From: Alkalilimnicola ehrlichii MLHE-1
Lineage (GTDB): Bacteria; Pseudomonadota; Gammaproteobacteria; Nitrococcales; Halorhodospiraceae
Length of the DNA stretch: 32,000 nucleotides
Assembly: GCF_000014785.1 (NCBI RefSeq)
Contig: NC_008340.1
Span: forward strand, 210,001 to 242,000
Direction: 5' to 3'
Of the stretch, positions 1 through 11,154 are shown piece after piece; the first letter of the stretch is position 1; each line of letters starts with the position of its first letter. The position numbers and the translations under genes are program-made. The notes under the pieces were generated by a model. It was not told the origin of the DNA and searched no databases. It saw nothing but the letters and a program-made list of their open reading frames with translations.

Positions 1-285
1 CGTGACTGGCGCCACCCCCAGCGCGACTGCGAGGAGCGAACCCGTCCCCACCGTTACGGCGAGCGGCGGCGTCACCCCCCACCGTCACGGCGAGGACCGG
101 ACCCGCCCCCACCCCCACTGTCACTGCGAGGAGGCGAAGCCGACGTGGCAGTCTACCGCTCTGGATCGCCGCGGGCCTTCGGCCCTCGCGATGACGGGTG
201 GGGGATGTCTTCGGCCGTCGCGATGAGGGGCCGCCTTTGCCATGACGGTTTATTTTGCGCCTCGTTAAAGGTAGCTGTATAAGGA
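1..285. repeat. Upstream copy of the dispersed 78-bp element (full unit 119-196) with partial 5' and 3' fragments on either side
   Basis: TGTCACTGCGAGGAGGCGAAGCCGACGTGGCAGTCTACCGCTCTGGATCGCCGCGGGCCTTCGGCCCTCGCGATGACG at 119-196 closely matches the units at 5041-5583. Shorter fragments such as CACCGTCACGGCGAGGACCGG precede it. Confidence 0.85.
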
Positions 286-291
286 GTGCCT

Positions 292-939
292 ATGCCCCCG
301 TCCCCGTTGACCGATATCCAGGTCCGCTACCTGGGCCGGCGCGACTACCGCGAGACCTGGTCCGCGATGCGCCGTTACACCGACGAGCGCGGCCCGGACA
401 CGCCGGACCAGCTCTGGGTGGTCTCCCACCCGCCGGTCTACACCCTGGGGCAGGCGGGACGGCGCGAACATATCCTCGACCCCGGTGAGATCCCGGTGGT
501 GGAGACCGACCGGGGCGGCCAGGTCACCTACCACGGCCCGGGCCAGATCGTGCTCTACCCCCTGCTGGACCTGCGCCGCTGGGGCCTGGGCGTGCGCAGC
601 CTGGTCAGCGCCCTGGAGCACACCGTGATCAGCCTGCTGGCGGGCTACGGGATTGCCTCCGAGGCGCGCGACGACGCCCCCGGCGTCTACGTGGAGGGTC
701 GCAAGGTGGCGTCTGTGGGCCTGCGCGTGCGCCGCGGCTGCAGCTACCACGGCCTGGCCGTAAACGTGGATGTCGACCTGGAACCCTTCCTTCGCATCAA
801 TCCCTGTGGCTACCCCGGGCTCGAGGTCACCCGCCTGCTGGACCTGGGCGTGCCCACGCCCTACGAGCGCCTGGAGGCCGATCTGGCGCTGCACTGTCTG
901 GAGGCGATCGTCGAGTACGGGAACGGCGGCGCGGCCTAA
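292..939 (+). CDS. lipB: Octanoyltransferase LipB
   Basis: ORF with LipB motifs ([69 protein letters not shown]). AAGGAG precedes the ATG at 292; the track ORF begins at an upstream GTG at 286. Confidence 0.96.
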   Translation: MPPSPLTDIQVRYLGRRDYRETWSAMRRYTDERGPDTPDQLWVVSHPPVYTLGQAGRREHILDPGEIPVVETDRGGQVTYHGPGQIVLYPLLDLRRWGLGVRSLVSALEHTVISLLAGYGIASEARDDAPGVYVEGRKVASVGLRVRRGCSYHGLAVNVDVDLEPFLRINPCGYPGLEVTRLLDLGVPTPYERLEADLALHCLEAIVEYGNGGAA

Positions 940-953
940 CCAGGCGACCTTTA

Positions 954-970
954 TGCACCGGTTTGGTGCC
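954..970. promoter_or_regulatory. Candidate NtrC binding site upstream of urease block
   Basis: TGCACCG-GTT-TGGTGCC, 12 of 14 informative positions versus TGCACCA-N3-TGGTGCA. Confidence 0.55.
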
Positions 971-1051
971 CTTTCCCGCCAACGCCCCCGTCTAGTGCGC
1001 ACCACGGCGCCTTTGTCCTGCGCAACGCCCTGAAACAGCGGGTGCTCTTCC

Positions 1052-1068
1052 CTGGCATGCAACTTGGA
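1052..1068 (+). promoter_or_regulatory. Weak candidate sigma54 (-24/-12) promoter for urease block
   Basis: CTGGCATGCAACTTGGA resembles TTGGCACGN4TTGCA with correct spacing, but has mismatches including GG instead of GC at -12. Confidence 0.35.
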
Positions 1069-1116
1069 TAGACGGAGTGGGTATAACGCCCTTCCGTGGA
1101 CCACTGACATGCCGAG

Positions 1117-1725
1117 GTGACCATGAGCCGTACTTCCCTGCCCATCCTGCTGTTCGCGCTGGCGGCCCTGCTGGCCGCGCCGCTGGCGCTGGCGCATCCG
1201 CATCCCCATCCTCATGTACACGGGGGCTTCGGCCAGGGACTCCTGCACCCGCTGTTGGGGCTGGATCACCTGCTGGCAATGCTGGGCCTGGGGCTCTGGG
1301 CCGGCCAGCAAGGCGACCGGCGCAGCGCCCTGCTGTTGCCGGGCGCTTTCCTGCTCGCCATGCTCGTGGGCTTCGGGGTGGGGCTGGCCTCCGCACCGAT
1401 GGTGGCGGTGGAGTTCGGCATTCTCGGTTCCCTGCTGGTGGTAGGCGGGCTGGTGGCCTGGGGCGGTCGCTTGCCCCTGGCCACCGGTATGGCCCTGGCC
1501 GCAGCCTTTGCCCTGTTTCACGGCCATGCCCACGGCGCCGAGATGGCCGCTGGCCTCTCCGGCCTGAGCTTCGGCGCGGGCTTCCTGCTGGCCAGTGCCG
1601 TCCTGCTCGCGGCGGGCGTGGGCCTGGAGCGCCTGGCCCGCCGGCAATTGCCGGCCCTGCCGCTGGCGCGGGGCGCCGGCGTGGGTATCGTGCTGGCCGG
1701 TCTCGTCCTCGTCGCACTGTTCTGA
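1117..1725 (+). CDS. HupE/UreJ family nickel permease
   Basis: Signal/TM-rich protein with HPHPHPHVHGGFGQGLLHPLLGLDHLLAMLGLGLWAGQQG and FALFHGHAHGAEM, typical of HupE/UreJ. It sits directly upstream of ureD. Start may be the ATG at 1123. Confidence 0.9.
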   Translation: MTMSRTSLPILLFALAALLAAPLALAHPHPHPHVHGGFGQGLLHPLLGLDHLLAMLGLGLWAGQQGDRRSALLLPGAFLLAMLVGFGVGLASAPMVAVEFGILGSLLVVGGLVAWGGRLPLATGMALAAAFALFHGHAHGAEMAAGLSGLSFGAGFLLASAVLLAAGVGLERLARRQLPALPLARGAGVGIVLAGLVLVALF

Positions 1726-1735
1726 GCGCGGCGAG

Positions 1736-2617
1736 ATGGCTGTCGCCCAACAAGCCTGGTCACCGGGGGCCGACCCGGCCCCCTCAGCAGCACCCGTGAG
1801 CCCGGGGTGGCGGGGGGCATTGCGGCTGGACTTCGCCCGGCGGGGTGAACGCACCGCCCTGGTGCGACGACGCCACCAAGGGCCGCTGGTGGTCCAGCGC
1901 ACCTTCCACCCGGAGGGCGCGCCCTGCCACGCCTACCTGCTTCACCCCCCTGGGGGGTTGGTGGGTGGCGATGAACTGGACCTCTCCGTGGAGGTGGGCG
2001 AGGGCGCCCACGCCCTGATGACCACCCCCGGGGCGGCCAAGTTCTACCGCTCCTCGGGCGACTGGTCCATCCAGCGGCAGGTTTTCCGGTTGGCCCCGGG
2101 CGCCACATTCGAGTGGCTGCCCATGGAGACCATCCTCCACGGGGGCAGCCGTAGCCGGCTGATCAACCGCTTCGAGTTGGCCGAAGGCGCCCGCCTGATC
2201 GCCTGGGAGATGGTGGCCCTGGGCCGTCCGGGGAGTGGTGACCACTTCCCCAGGGGCGTGCTGGATCAGCGGCTGGCGGTGAATTGCGAGCAAATGCCCC
2301 TGCTGCGGGAGCGCCTCTCCCTGAATGCCGACGACCCCCTCCGCACCGCCCCCTGGGGGCTGCAGGGCCAGGCGGTGTTCGCCACCCTGCTGGCGTCGCC
2401 CGCCCCGGACGGCCTGGAGCACGACCTGCGGGACGCCCTGCAGGTGCCACCCGGCGTCCGGATGGGGGCGACCCGGTGCCCGGAGGGGCTATTGGCAGTG
2501 CGCGTGCTGGGGCCCGGCGTGGAACCGGTGCGCAAGACCCTGGAACAGGCCTGGCGCACTATCCGCGAGCCCGTGGTCGGGCTTCCCCCTTGTCCCCCCC
2601 GAATCTGGAGTACATGA
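1736..2617 (+). CDS. ureD: Urease accessory protein UreD
   Basis: Protein MAVAQQAW...[38 protein letters not shown]...[19 protein letters not shown], characteristic of UreD. Trimmed from the track ORF at 1595; followed by ureA. Confidence 0.93.
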   Translation: MAVAQQAWSPGADPAPSAAPVSPGWRGALRLDFARRGERTALVRRRHQGPLVVQRTFHPEGAPCHAYLLHPPGGLVGGDELDLSVEVGEGAHALMTTPGAAKFYRSSGDWSIQRQVFRLAPGATFEWLPMETILHGGSRSRLINRFELAEGARLIAWEMVALGRPGSGDHFPRGVLDQRLAVNCEQMPLLRERLSLNADDPLRTAPWGLQGQAVFATLLASPAPDGLEHDLRDALQVPPGVRMGATRCPEGLLAVRVLGPGVEPVRKTLEQAWRTIREPVVGLPPCPPRIWST

Positions 2618-2627
2618 GGCCGAACCC

Positions 2628-2930
2628 ATGGATCTGACCCCGAGAGAGAAAGACAAGCTGCTGCTCTTCACCGCCGGGCTGCTGGCGGAGCGGCGTAAGG
2701 CCAAGGGCTTGAAGCTCAACCACCCGGAGGCGGTGGCGCTCATCTCCTGCGCCATCATGGAGGGCGCCCGGGAGGGGCGTTCCGTGGCCGAGATGATGGA
2801 TGCCGGTGGCCAGGTGCTGACCCGGGAGGACGTGATGGAAGGGGTCGCGGAGATGATCCCCGAAGTGCAGGTGGAGGCCACCTTCCCGGACGGGGTCAAG
2901 CTGGTCACCGTACACGAGCCCATCCGCTAG
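2628..2930 (+). CDS. ureA: Urease subunit gamma
   Basis: [57 protein letters not shown], canonical UreA, 100 aa. Confidence 0.97.
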   Translation: MDLTPREKDKLLLFTAGLLAERRKAKGLKLNHPEAVALISCAIMEGAREGRSVAEMMDAGGQVLTREDVMEGVAEMIPEVQVEATFPDGVKLVTVHEPIR

Positions 2931-2941
2931 GGAGGCGCACC

Positions 2942-3258
2942 ATGATACCCGGAGAAATCCTTCCCGAGGACGGCGAGATCACCCTCAACGCGGGGCGCGA
3001 CACCCTCACCGTGGAGGTGACCAACACCGGCGACCGCCCCGCCCAGGTGGGCTCCCACTACCACTTCTACGAGGTCAACGACCACCTCCACTTCGACCGC
3101 GAGCCTACCCGGGGCTTCCGGCTGGATATCGCCGCCGGCACGGCGGTGCGCTTCGAGCCCGGCCAGAGCCGCACGGTGCAGTTGGTGCGCTACGCGGGCA
3201 GTGGCGATATCTACGGCTTTCAGGGCCGGGTGATGGGGCCGGCAACAGGAGAGAGCGC

Positions 3259-3262
<4 letters not shown>
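2942..3262 (+). CDS. ureB: Urease subunit beta
   Basis: [19 protein letters not shown]...[24 protein letters not shown]...[16 protein letters not shown], canonical UreB. Overlaps the ureC start. Confidence 0.97.
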
Positions 3263-4965
<1,703 letters not shown>

Positions 4966-4980
4966 CGCGCCCCCGCCCCC

Positions 4981-5038
4981 ACCGTCACTACGAGGAGCGG
5001 GCTCGCCCCACCGTCACTACGAGGAGCGGGCTCGCCCC
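4981..5038. repeat. Two tandem 29-bp truncated units of the dispersed element
   Basis: ACCGTCACTACGAGGAGCGGGCTCGCCCC occurs twice (4981-5009 and 5010-5038), resembling the 5' end of the 78-bp unit. Confidence 0.9.
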
Positions 5039-5040
5039 AC

Positions 5041-5583
5041 CGTCACTGCGAGGAGGCGAAGCCGACGTGGCAGTCTACCGCCCTGGATCGCCACGGGCCT
5101 CCGGCCCTCGCGATGACGGGGATGGCGCCCCACCGTCACTGCGAGGAGGCGAAGCCGACGTGGCAGTCCACCGCCCTGGATCGCCACGGGCCTCCGGCCC
5201 TCGCGATGACGGGGATGGCGCCCCACCGTCACTGCGAGGAGGCGAAGCCGACGTGGCAGTCCACCGCCTTGGATCGCCACGGGCCTTCGGCCCTCGCGAT
5301 GACGGGGATGGCGCCCCACCGTCACTGCGAGGAGGCGAAGCCGACGCGGCAGTCTACCGCCTTGGATCGCCACGGGCCTTCGGCCCTCGCGATGACGGGG
5401 ATGGCGCCCCCACCGTCACTGCGAGGAGGCGAAGCCGACGTGGCAGTCCACCGCCTTGGATCGCCACGGGCCTTCGGCCCTCGCGATGACGGGATGGCGC
5501 CCCACCGTCACTGCGAGGAGGCGAAGCCGACGCGGCAGTCTACCGCTCTGGATCGCCTTGGGCCTTCGGCCTTCGCGATGACG
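5041..5583. repeat. Tandem array of six 78-bp units (period 92-94 bp) between ureC and ureE
   Basis: Units at 5041-5118, 5134-5211, 5227-5304, 5320-5397, 5414-5491 and 5506-5583. Each begins CGTCACTGCGAG and ends (C/T)TCGCGATGACG (imperfect inverted termini), with GGGCC(T/C)(T/C)CGGCC(C/T) near the 3' end. Units are joined by a short (GG)GATGGCGCCCCAC linker. Confidence 0.97.
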
Positions 5584-5655
5584 GGGGAAAGCCTTTGACC
5601 CCCGCGATGACGGGGGTACGCCGTTGTACGTTTATCGGAGGAGCAACCGATCACC

Positions 5656-6147
5656 ATGCTGACCTTGACCGAGCGATTACCCCAGGCCGCCCCTGCCGAC
5701 GCCACCCTGACCCTGCCCTTCGAGGTCCGCCAGAAGAGCCGTTTCCGGGCAACCCTGGACGATGGCCGGGAGGTGGGGGTCATGCTGAGCCGGGGCGAGA
5801 TTCTGCGGGATGGCCAATGCCTGCAGGCCGGGGACGGCACCGTGGTGCGGGTACATGCCGCTGCGGAGGCAGTGAGCACCGTGCGTGGCGACGACGGCCT
5901 GGCCCTGGCCCGGGCCTGCTACCACCTGGGGAACCGCCACGTCCCCCTGCAGATCGGCGCCGGATTCGCCCGCTACCTGCACGATCACGTGCTGGACGAC
6001 ATGCTCCGGGGCCTGGGGCTGGAGGTCGTGAGCGAGCAGGCCCCCTTCGAACCGGAACCGGGGGCCTATGGCGGCGGCCACGGCCATACTCATAGCCACG
6101 ACCATAGCCACCAGCACGACCCGGCGGGCCACGCCCATGAGCACTGA
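5656..6147 (+). CDS. ureE: Urease accessory protein UreE
   Basis: MLTLTERLP...[28 protein letters not shown]...[18 protein letters not shown] and a His-rich C-terminus [23 protein letters not shown]. Confidence 0.96.
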   Translation: MLTLTERLPQAAPADATLTLPFEVRQKSRFRATLDDGREVGVMLSRGEILRDGQCLQAGDGTVVRVHAAAEAVSTVRGDDGLALARACYHLGNRHVPLQIGAGFARYLHDHVLDDMLRGLGLEVVSEQAPFEPEPGAYGGGHGHTHSHDHSHQHDPAGHAHEH

Positions 6148-6823
6148 GACCAACCCCGGCCTGGCCCAACGGCGGCTCTGGCAGCTGATCAGTCCCACCC
6201 TGCCCATCGGTGCCTACAGCTACTCCGCCGGGCTCGAATACGCCGTGGAGGCGGGCTGGCTGCGCAATGCCGATGCCGTGGCCGACTGGCTGCAGGGCCA
6301 ACTCCACCACGCCCTGGCACCGGTGGACATTCCCGCCCTGGCCCGCCTGCACGCGGCCTGGCAAAGCGACGACGCCGTGGCCGTCCATTACTGGAGTCAG
6401 TGGCTGCGCGCCTGCCGGGAAACCAAGGAACTGCGCGAGGAGGATCGCCACGTGGGCCAGGCCCTCGCGCGGTTGCTGCGCGACCTGGACCTGCCCGAGG
6501 CCGCCCCCTGGGTGGACGACCCCATCGCCGGCTGGCCCACCCTGTACGCCCTGGCCGTCGCCCGCTGGGCCATCCCCCTGGAGACCGCCGCCGAGGCCTA
6601 CCTCTGGGCCTGGTGCGAGAACCAGGTGTCCGCCGCCATCAAGCTGGTGCCCCTGGGCCAGACCGCCGGCCAGCGACTGCTGCTGGAAATGGCCGAACCC
6701 GTGGGCGAGGCCGCCCGCCAGGGGCTTGCCCTCGAAGACGAGGAAATGGGCGGTGGCCTGCCCGGCGTGGCCCTGGCCAGCAGCCTGCACGAAACCCAGT
6801 ACTCCCGGCTCTTCAGGAGCTGA
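6137..6823 (+). CDS. ureF: Urease accessory protein UreF
   Basis: [29 protein letters not shown]...[35 protein letters not shown]. Start trimmed to the ATG at 6137, overlapping the ureE end. Confidence 0.95.
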   Translation: MSTETNPGLAQRRLWQLISPTLPIGAYSYSAGLEYAVEAGWLRNADAVADWLQGQLHHALAPVDIPALARLHAAWQSDDAVAVHYWSQWLRACRETKELREEDRHVGQALARLLRDLDLPEAAPWVDDPIAGWPTLYALAVARWAIPLETAAEAYLWAWCENQVSAAIKLVPLGQTAGQRLLLEMAEPVGEAARQGLALEDEEMGGGLPGVALASSLHETQYSRLFRS

Positions 6824-6990
6824 GAGACGCAAGAGTGGGATTGACCACAGCCCCTCTTTTCCAGGAAACGGGGCCAAGTTCCATCCAGGGGGCGCGGTTG
6901 CTTCAGCCTATTAAACGGAGGTCGGGCTCACCTGGAAACCTCTTGGGGCGGCCGGGCCTGGCCGTAAGCCCGGTGCCCGAAAGGATGAGA

Positions 6991-7096
6991 GGGCGTGGCG
7001 GGGGTTCCCTTGGGAATCGTAGGCGGCAGGGATGCCGCCTACGAGCCTACAGGGATGTATTCACGGCGTATTCCCAAGGGAACCCCCGCCACGCCC
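6991..7096. repeat. Palindromic MITE/REP-like element with perfect 27-bp terminal inverted repeats
   Basis: GGGCGTGGCGGGGGTTCCCTTGGGAAT (6991-7017) is the exact reverse complement of ATTCCCAAGGGAACCCCCGCCACGCCC (7070-7096). Internal perfect 10-bp hairpin CGTAGGCGGC-AGGGAT-GCCGCCTACG (7018-7043), followed by AGCCTACAGGGATGTATTCACGGCGT. Confidence 0.93.
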
Positions 7097-7154
7097 GACC
7101 CCAACCCCTTCGAAGCCACAACAGACAAAACCATCAGAGCAAGAGGAACACCCC

Positions 7155-7777
<623 letters not shown>

Positions 7778-7790
<13 letters not shown>

Positions 7791-7826
7791 GGGCCCTTCG
7801 ATGCCCGGTCGCACCAGGTTGGGGCG
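7778..7826. promoter_or_regulatory. Candidate NtrC enhancer sites upstream of urtA
   Basis: TGCACCAGCGTGAGGGC (7778-7794, perfect left half-site) and CGCACCAGGTTGGGGCG (7810-7826, 11 of 14 informative positions versus TGCACCA-N3-TGGTGCA). Confidence 0.5.
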
Positions 7827-7897
7827 CCGACGAGGCGTAAAACAACCCCATAACCAGCAGGAGGCCTATAAACACAAACAATACAACTACTTAAAAA

Positions 7898-7914
7898 GTT
7901 GGCACGCGGGTTGC
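7898..7914 (+). promoter_or_regulatory. Sigma54 (-24/-12) promoter for urtABCDE
   Basis: TTGGCACGCGGGTTGCT matches TTGGCACG-N4-TTGCW exactly, 70 bp upstream of the urtA ATG. Confidence 0.85.
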
Positions 7915-7983
7915 TGATACTTGCCCGACTGCAATCCCGATGGTGCAACCGCCCTCGGGGACCGTGAGTATCAGGAGGGAAGC

Positions 7984-9318
7984 ATGAGCAAAACGCAAAC
8001 GCGTACCAACCCCGTCGCCGGCCTGCGCCGCACCGCCATCGCGGCGGGCGTCATGGCTGCCGTCGGTCTGGGGGGGCCGGCGGTGGCCGACGAGGGGCCG
8101 ATCAAAGTGGGCATCCTCCACTCCCTGTCCGGCACCATGGCCATCAGCGAGACCTCGCTGCGGGACGTGGCGTTGATGACCATCCAGCAGATCAACGAGC
8201 AGGGCGGCCTGCTGGGCCGGGAGCTGGAGCCGGTGGTCATGGACCCCGCCTCCGACTGGCCCCGCTACGCCGAGCAGGGCCGCGAGCTGCTGGAGCGCCA
8301 CGAGGTGGACGTCATCTTCGGCTCCTGGACCTCCGTCTCCCGCGAGGCGGTGCTGCCGGTGCTGGAAGAGCTGAACGGCCTGATGTTCTATCCGGTGCAG
8401 TACGAGGGCGAGGAGTCCTCCCGCAACATCTTCTACACCGGCGCGGCCCCGAACCAGCAGACCATCCCCGCCGTGGAATACCTGATGAGCCCAGAGGGCG
8501 GCGGCGCCGAGCGCTTCTACCTGGTGGGCACCGACTACGTCTTCCCGCGCACCACCAACCGCATCGTGCGCGCCTTCCTCAATCACCACGGGGTCAGCGA
8601 CGACGATATCGAAGAGGTTTACTTCCCCTTCGAGCACAGCGACTTCCAGTCCCTGGTCGGTGATATCCGTAGCTTCGCCGACGGCGGCCCCACCGCGGTG
8701 ATCAACACCGTCAACGGCGACTCCAACGTGGCCTTCTACCAGGAGCTGGCCAACCAGGGCATCGACGCCATCGACATCCCGGTGATGGCCACCTCCGTCG
8801 GCGAGGAAGAACTGCGCGGCATGGACACCGGCCCTCTGGTGGGCCACCTGGCCGCCTGGAACTACTTCATGTCCATCGATACCCCGGAGAACGAGACGTT
8901 CGTTTCCACCTGGATGGACTACGTGGAGGCCGAGGGCCTGAGCGGTGGCAGTGACCGGGTCACCAACGACCCCATGGAGGCCACCCACATCGGCATCCGC
9001 ATGTGGGCCCAGGCGGTGCTGCAGGCCGGTACCACCGACGTGGACGCGGTGCGCCAGGCGGTCTACGGCCAGTGCGTGGACGCCCCCTCCGGTTTCGAGA
9101 TCTGCATGGACGAGGAGAACCACCACCTGCACAAGCCGGTGATCATCGGCGAGATCCAGCCCGACGGCCAGTTCGCCCCGGTCTGGGAGACCGACGGTCC
9201 GGTGCGCGCGGAGCCCTGGAGCGAGTACCTGGAGGACAGCCGGGACAAGGTCGCCAACTGGCGTTATCCCTGGGTCTGCGGTGACTGCACCGAGCCCACC
9301 TACGAGCTGGACTTCTGA
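7984..9318 (+). CDS. urtA: Urea ABC transporter substrate-binding protein UrtA
   Basis: PIKVGILHSLSGTMAISETSLRDVALMTIQQINEQGGLLGRELEPVVMDPASDWPRYAEQ...NGLMFYPVQYEGEESSRNIFYTGAAPNQQ, UrtA-specific. Start set at the ATG at 7984. Confidence 0.96.
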   Translation: MSKTQTRTNPVAGLRRTAIAAGVMAAVGLGGPAVADEGPIKVGILHSLSGTMAISETSLRDVALMTIQQINEQGGLLGRELEPVVMDPASDWPRYAEQGRELLERHEVDVIFGSWTSVSREAVLPVLEELNGLMFYPVQYEGEESSRNIFYTGAAPNQQTIPAVEYLMSPEGGGAERFYLVGTDYVFPRTTNRIVRAFLNHHGVSDDDIEEVYFPFEHSDFQSLVGDIRSFADGGPTAVINTVNGDSNVAFYQELANQGIDAIDIPVMATSVGEEELRGMDTGPLVGHLAAWNYFMSIDTPENETFVSTWMDYVEAEGLSGGSDRVTNDPMEATHIGIRMWAQAVLQAGTTDVDAVRQAVYGQCVDAPSGFEICMDEENHHLHKPVIIGEIQPDGQFAPVWETDGPVRAEPWSEYLEDSRDKVANWRYPWVCGDCTEPTYELDF

Positions 9319-9440
9319 TCCGCCCATGGCGGGGCCTCCGGGCCCCGCCCCCGCCAAGAACAATACGGGCGCCCGGGTTCGTCCCCGGGCACCCCATTCA
9401 GTCCCCGGGCCGTCTGGCCCTCACCTGGACGGGAGCGACC

Positions 9441-11144
9441 ATGAAAGCCTTCATGCGATGGGCGCTGGCAGTCGTGTTGTGTGCCGCCGCCGCGAGCGCG
9501 TTGGCGGACCAGGAGCTGACTGCCGAGGAGCGCGCCGCACAACTGGCGGAGACCGAGGCGGACACCGTGGAGGTGGCCGGCGACGGTCTGGCCGAGGAGA
9601 CCGCGGAGGCCGTGGCCCGGATGGCCAGCAGCAACTGGCAGGACGTGCGCGACGCCATCAACCGCCTGGCGGAGCTGAACGACGCCGATGCCCTCCCGGT
9701 GCTCCAGGCGCTGCAGGACCGGCGCCTGTTTTACGACCAGGACGAGCGCGTGCTGGTGGAGGATGCCCTTACCGGGCAGCTCCGTGATCCGGTGACCGGC
9801 GAGGACGTGGAGCGCGAGGGGCTTGATCTGAGCGAACCCCCGCTGACCAACCCCATCCGCCGCAGCCTGCGCCCGGTGATCGGGCAACTGCAGATCTTCT
9901 CCGATGAACTGCCCCTGCGCCTGTCGGCCGCCGAAGAACTGGCCGACCGACCGCAAGCCGCCATGCTGGATACCCTGCGGGAGGCCGTGGAGCAGGAGCA
10001 GAACGCCGAGGTGTCCCGCCTGCTCAACATCGCCATCGCCCGGCTGGAACTGGACGACGACGATGCCGAGGTTCGCCTGGCCGCCGTCGAGACCATCGCC
10101 GTGGTGCGCTCCAGCCGCCTGAAATCCCAGCTCCAGCGACTGCTGGCGGAAGGGCCGGACGGCGAGTACATCGAACCGGACGAGCGGGTCCGGGAGGCCG
10201 CCCGGGTGGCCATCGAGGCCATCGAGGCCCGGGAGCGGGTGGCCAGCGTGCTCAGCGACCTGGTCTACGGCCTGTCCATGGGCAGCGTGCTGCTGCTGGC
10301 GGCCCTGGGGCTGGCCATCATCTTCGGCCTCATGCGGGTCATCAACATGGCCCACGGCGAGCTGCTGATGATTGGCGCCTACGTCACCTTCCTGGTGCAG
10401 AACTTTTTCGTCGCGTTCATGCCCGGGCTGTTCAACTTCTACCTGGTGGCGGCGGTGCCGGTGGCCTTCATCGCCACCGCCCTGGTGGGTATCGCCATGG
10501 AACGGGGCGTCATCCGCTTTCTCTACAAGCGGCCGCTGGAGACCCTGCTGGCCACCTGGGGCATCAGCCTGATCCTCATCCAGACCATGCGCACCCTCTT
10601 CGGGGCGCAGAACGTGCGGGTCGCCAGTCCCGAGTGGTTCTCCGGCAGCGTGCAGTTGATGCAGGGGGTCTCCCTGTCCACCAGCCGCGTGGGGGTGATC
10701 CTGTTCGCCATCTTCGTGGTGGCACTGGTCTGGTTCCTGATGCAGCGCACCCGGCTGGGCCTGGAGGTCCGGGCGGTGATGCAGAACCGGGAGATGGCCG
10801 CCGCCCTGGGCGTCTCCGCCAACCGGGTGGATATGTGGACCTTCGCCGCCGGCGCCGGCGTGGCCGGCCTGGGGGGCGTGGCCCTGTCGCAGATCGTCAA
10901 CGTGGGGCCGCAGCTCGGCCAGGCCTACATCGTGGACAGCTTCATGGTGGTGGTGCTGGGGGGCGTGGGCAACGTGATGGGCTCGGTGGTCAGCGCCCTG
11001 GGCATGGGGGTCTTCTCCAAGTTCCTGGAGCCGGTGACCGGGGCCGTCATGGCCAAGATCCTGCTGTTCACCGCGATCATCCTGTTCATTCAGTGGCGTC
11101 CCCAGGGCATCTTCGCCCTCAAGGGCCGTTCCGCCGACGACTGA
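9441..11144 (+). CDS. urtB: Urea ABC transporter permease UrtB
   Basis: Long N-terminal domain followed by LivH-like permease LVYGLSMGSVLLLAALGLAIIFGLMRVINMAHGELLMIGAYVTFLVQ...YIVDSFMVVVLGGVGNVMGSVVSALGMG. Confidence 0.95.
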   Translation: MKAFMRWALAVVLCAAAASALADQELTAEERAAQLAETEADTVEVAGDGLAEETAEAVARMASSNWQDVRDAINRLAELNDADALPVLQALQDRRLFYDQDERVLVEDALTGQLRDPVTGEDVEREGLDLSEPPLTNPIRRSLRPVIGQLQIFSDELPLRLSAAEELADRPQAAMLDTLREAVEQEQNAEVSRLLNIAIARLELDDDDAEVRLAAVETIAVVRSSRLKSQLQRLLAEGPDGEYIEPDERVREAARVAIEAIEARERVASVLSDLVYGLSMGSVLLLAALGLAIIFGLMRVINMAHGELLMIGAYVTFLVQNFFVAFMPGLFNFYLVAAVPVAFIATALVGIAMERGVIRFLYKRPLETLLATWGISLILIQTMRTLFGAQNVRVASPEWFSGSVQLMQGVSLSTSRVGVILFAIFVVALVWFLMQRTRLGLEVRAVMQNREMAAALGVSANRVDMWTFAAGAGVAGLGGVALSQIVNVGPQLGQAYIVDSFMVVVLGGVGNVMGSVVSALGMGVFSKFLEPVTGAVMAKILLFTAIILFIQWRPQGIFALKGRSADD

Positions 11145-11154
11145 GGGAATCAGC

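Noticed and set aside
7929-7946. TGCAATCCCGATGGTGCA near the expected urtA transcription start as another NtrC site
   Set aside because: Only the right half-site is good, spacing is wrong for the 17-bp dyad, and it lies downstream of the promoter.
7891-9363. 490-aa minus-strand ORF opposite urtA
   Set aside because: Antisense to a well-supported urtA, no recognisable domain, composition consistent with a GC-skew artefact.
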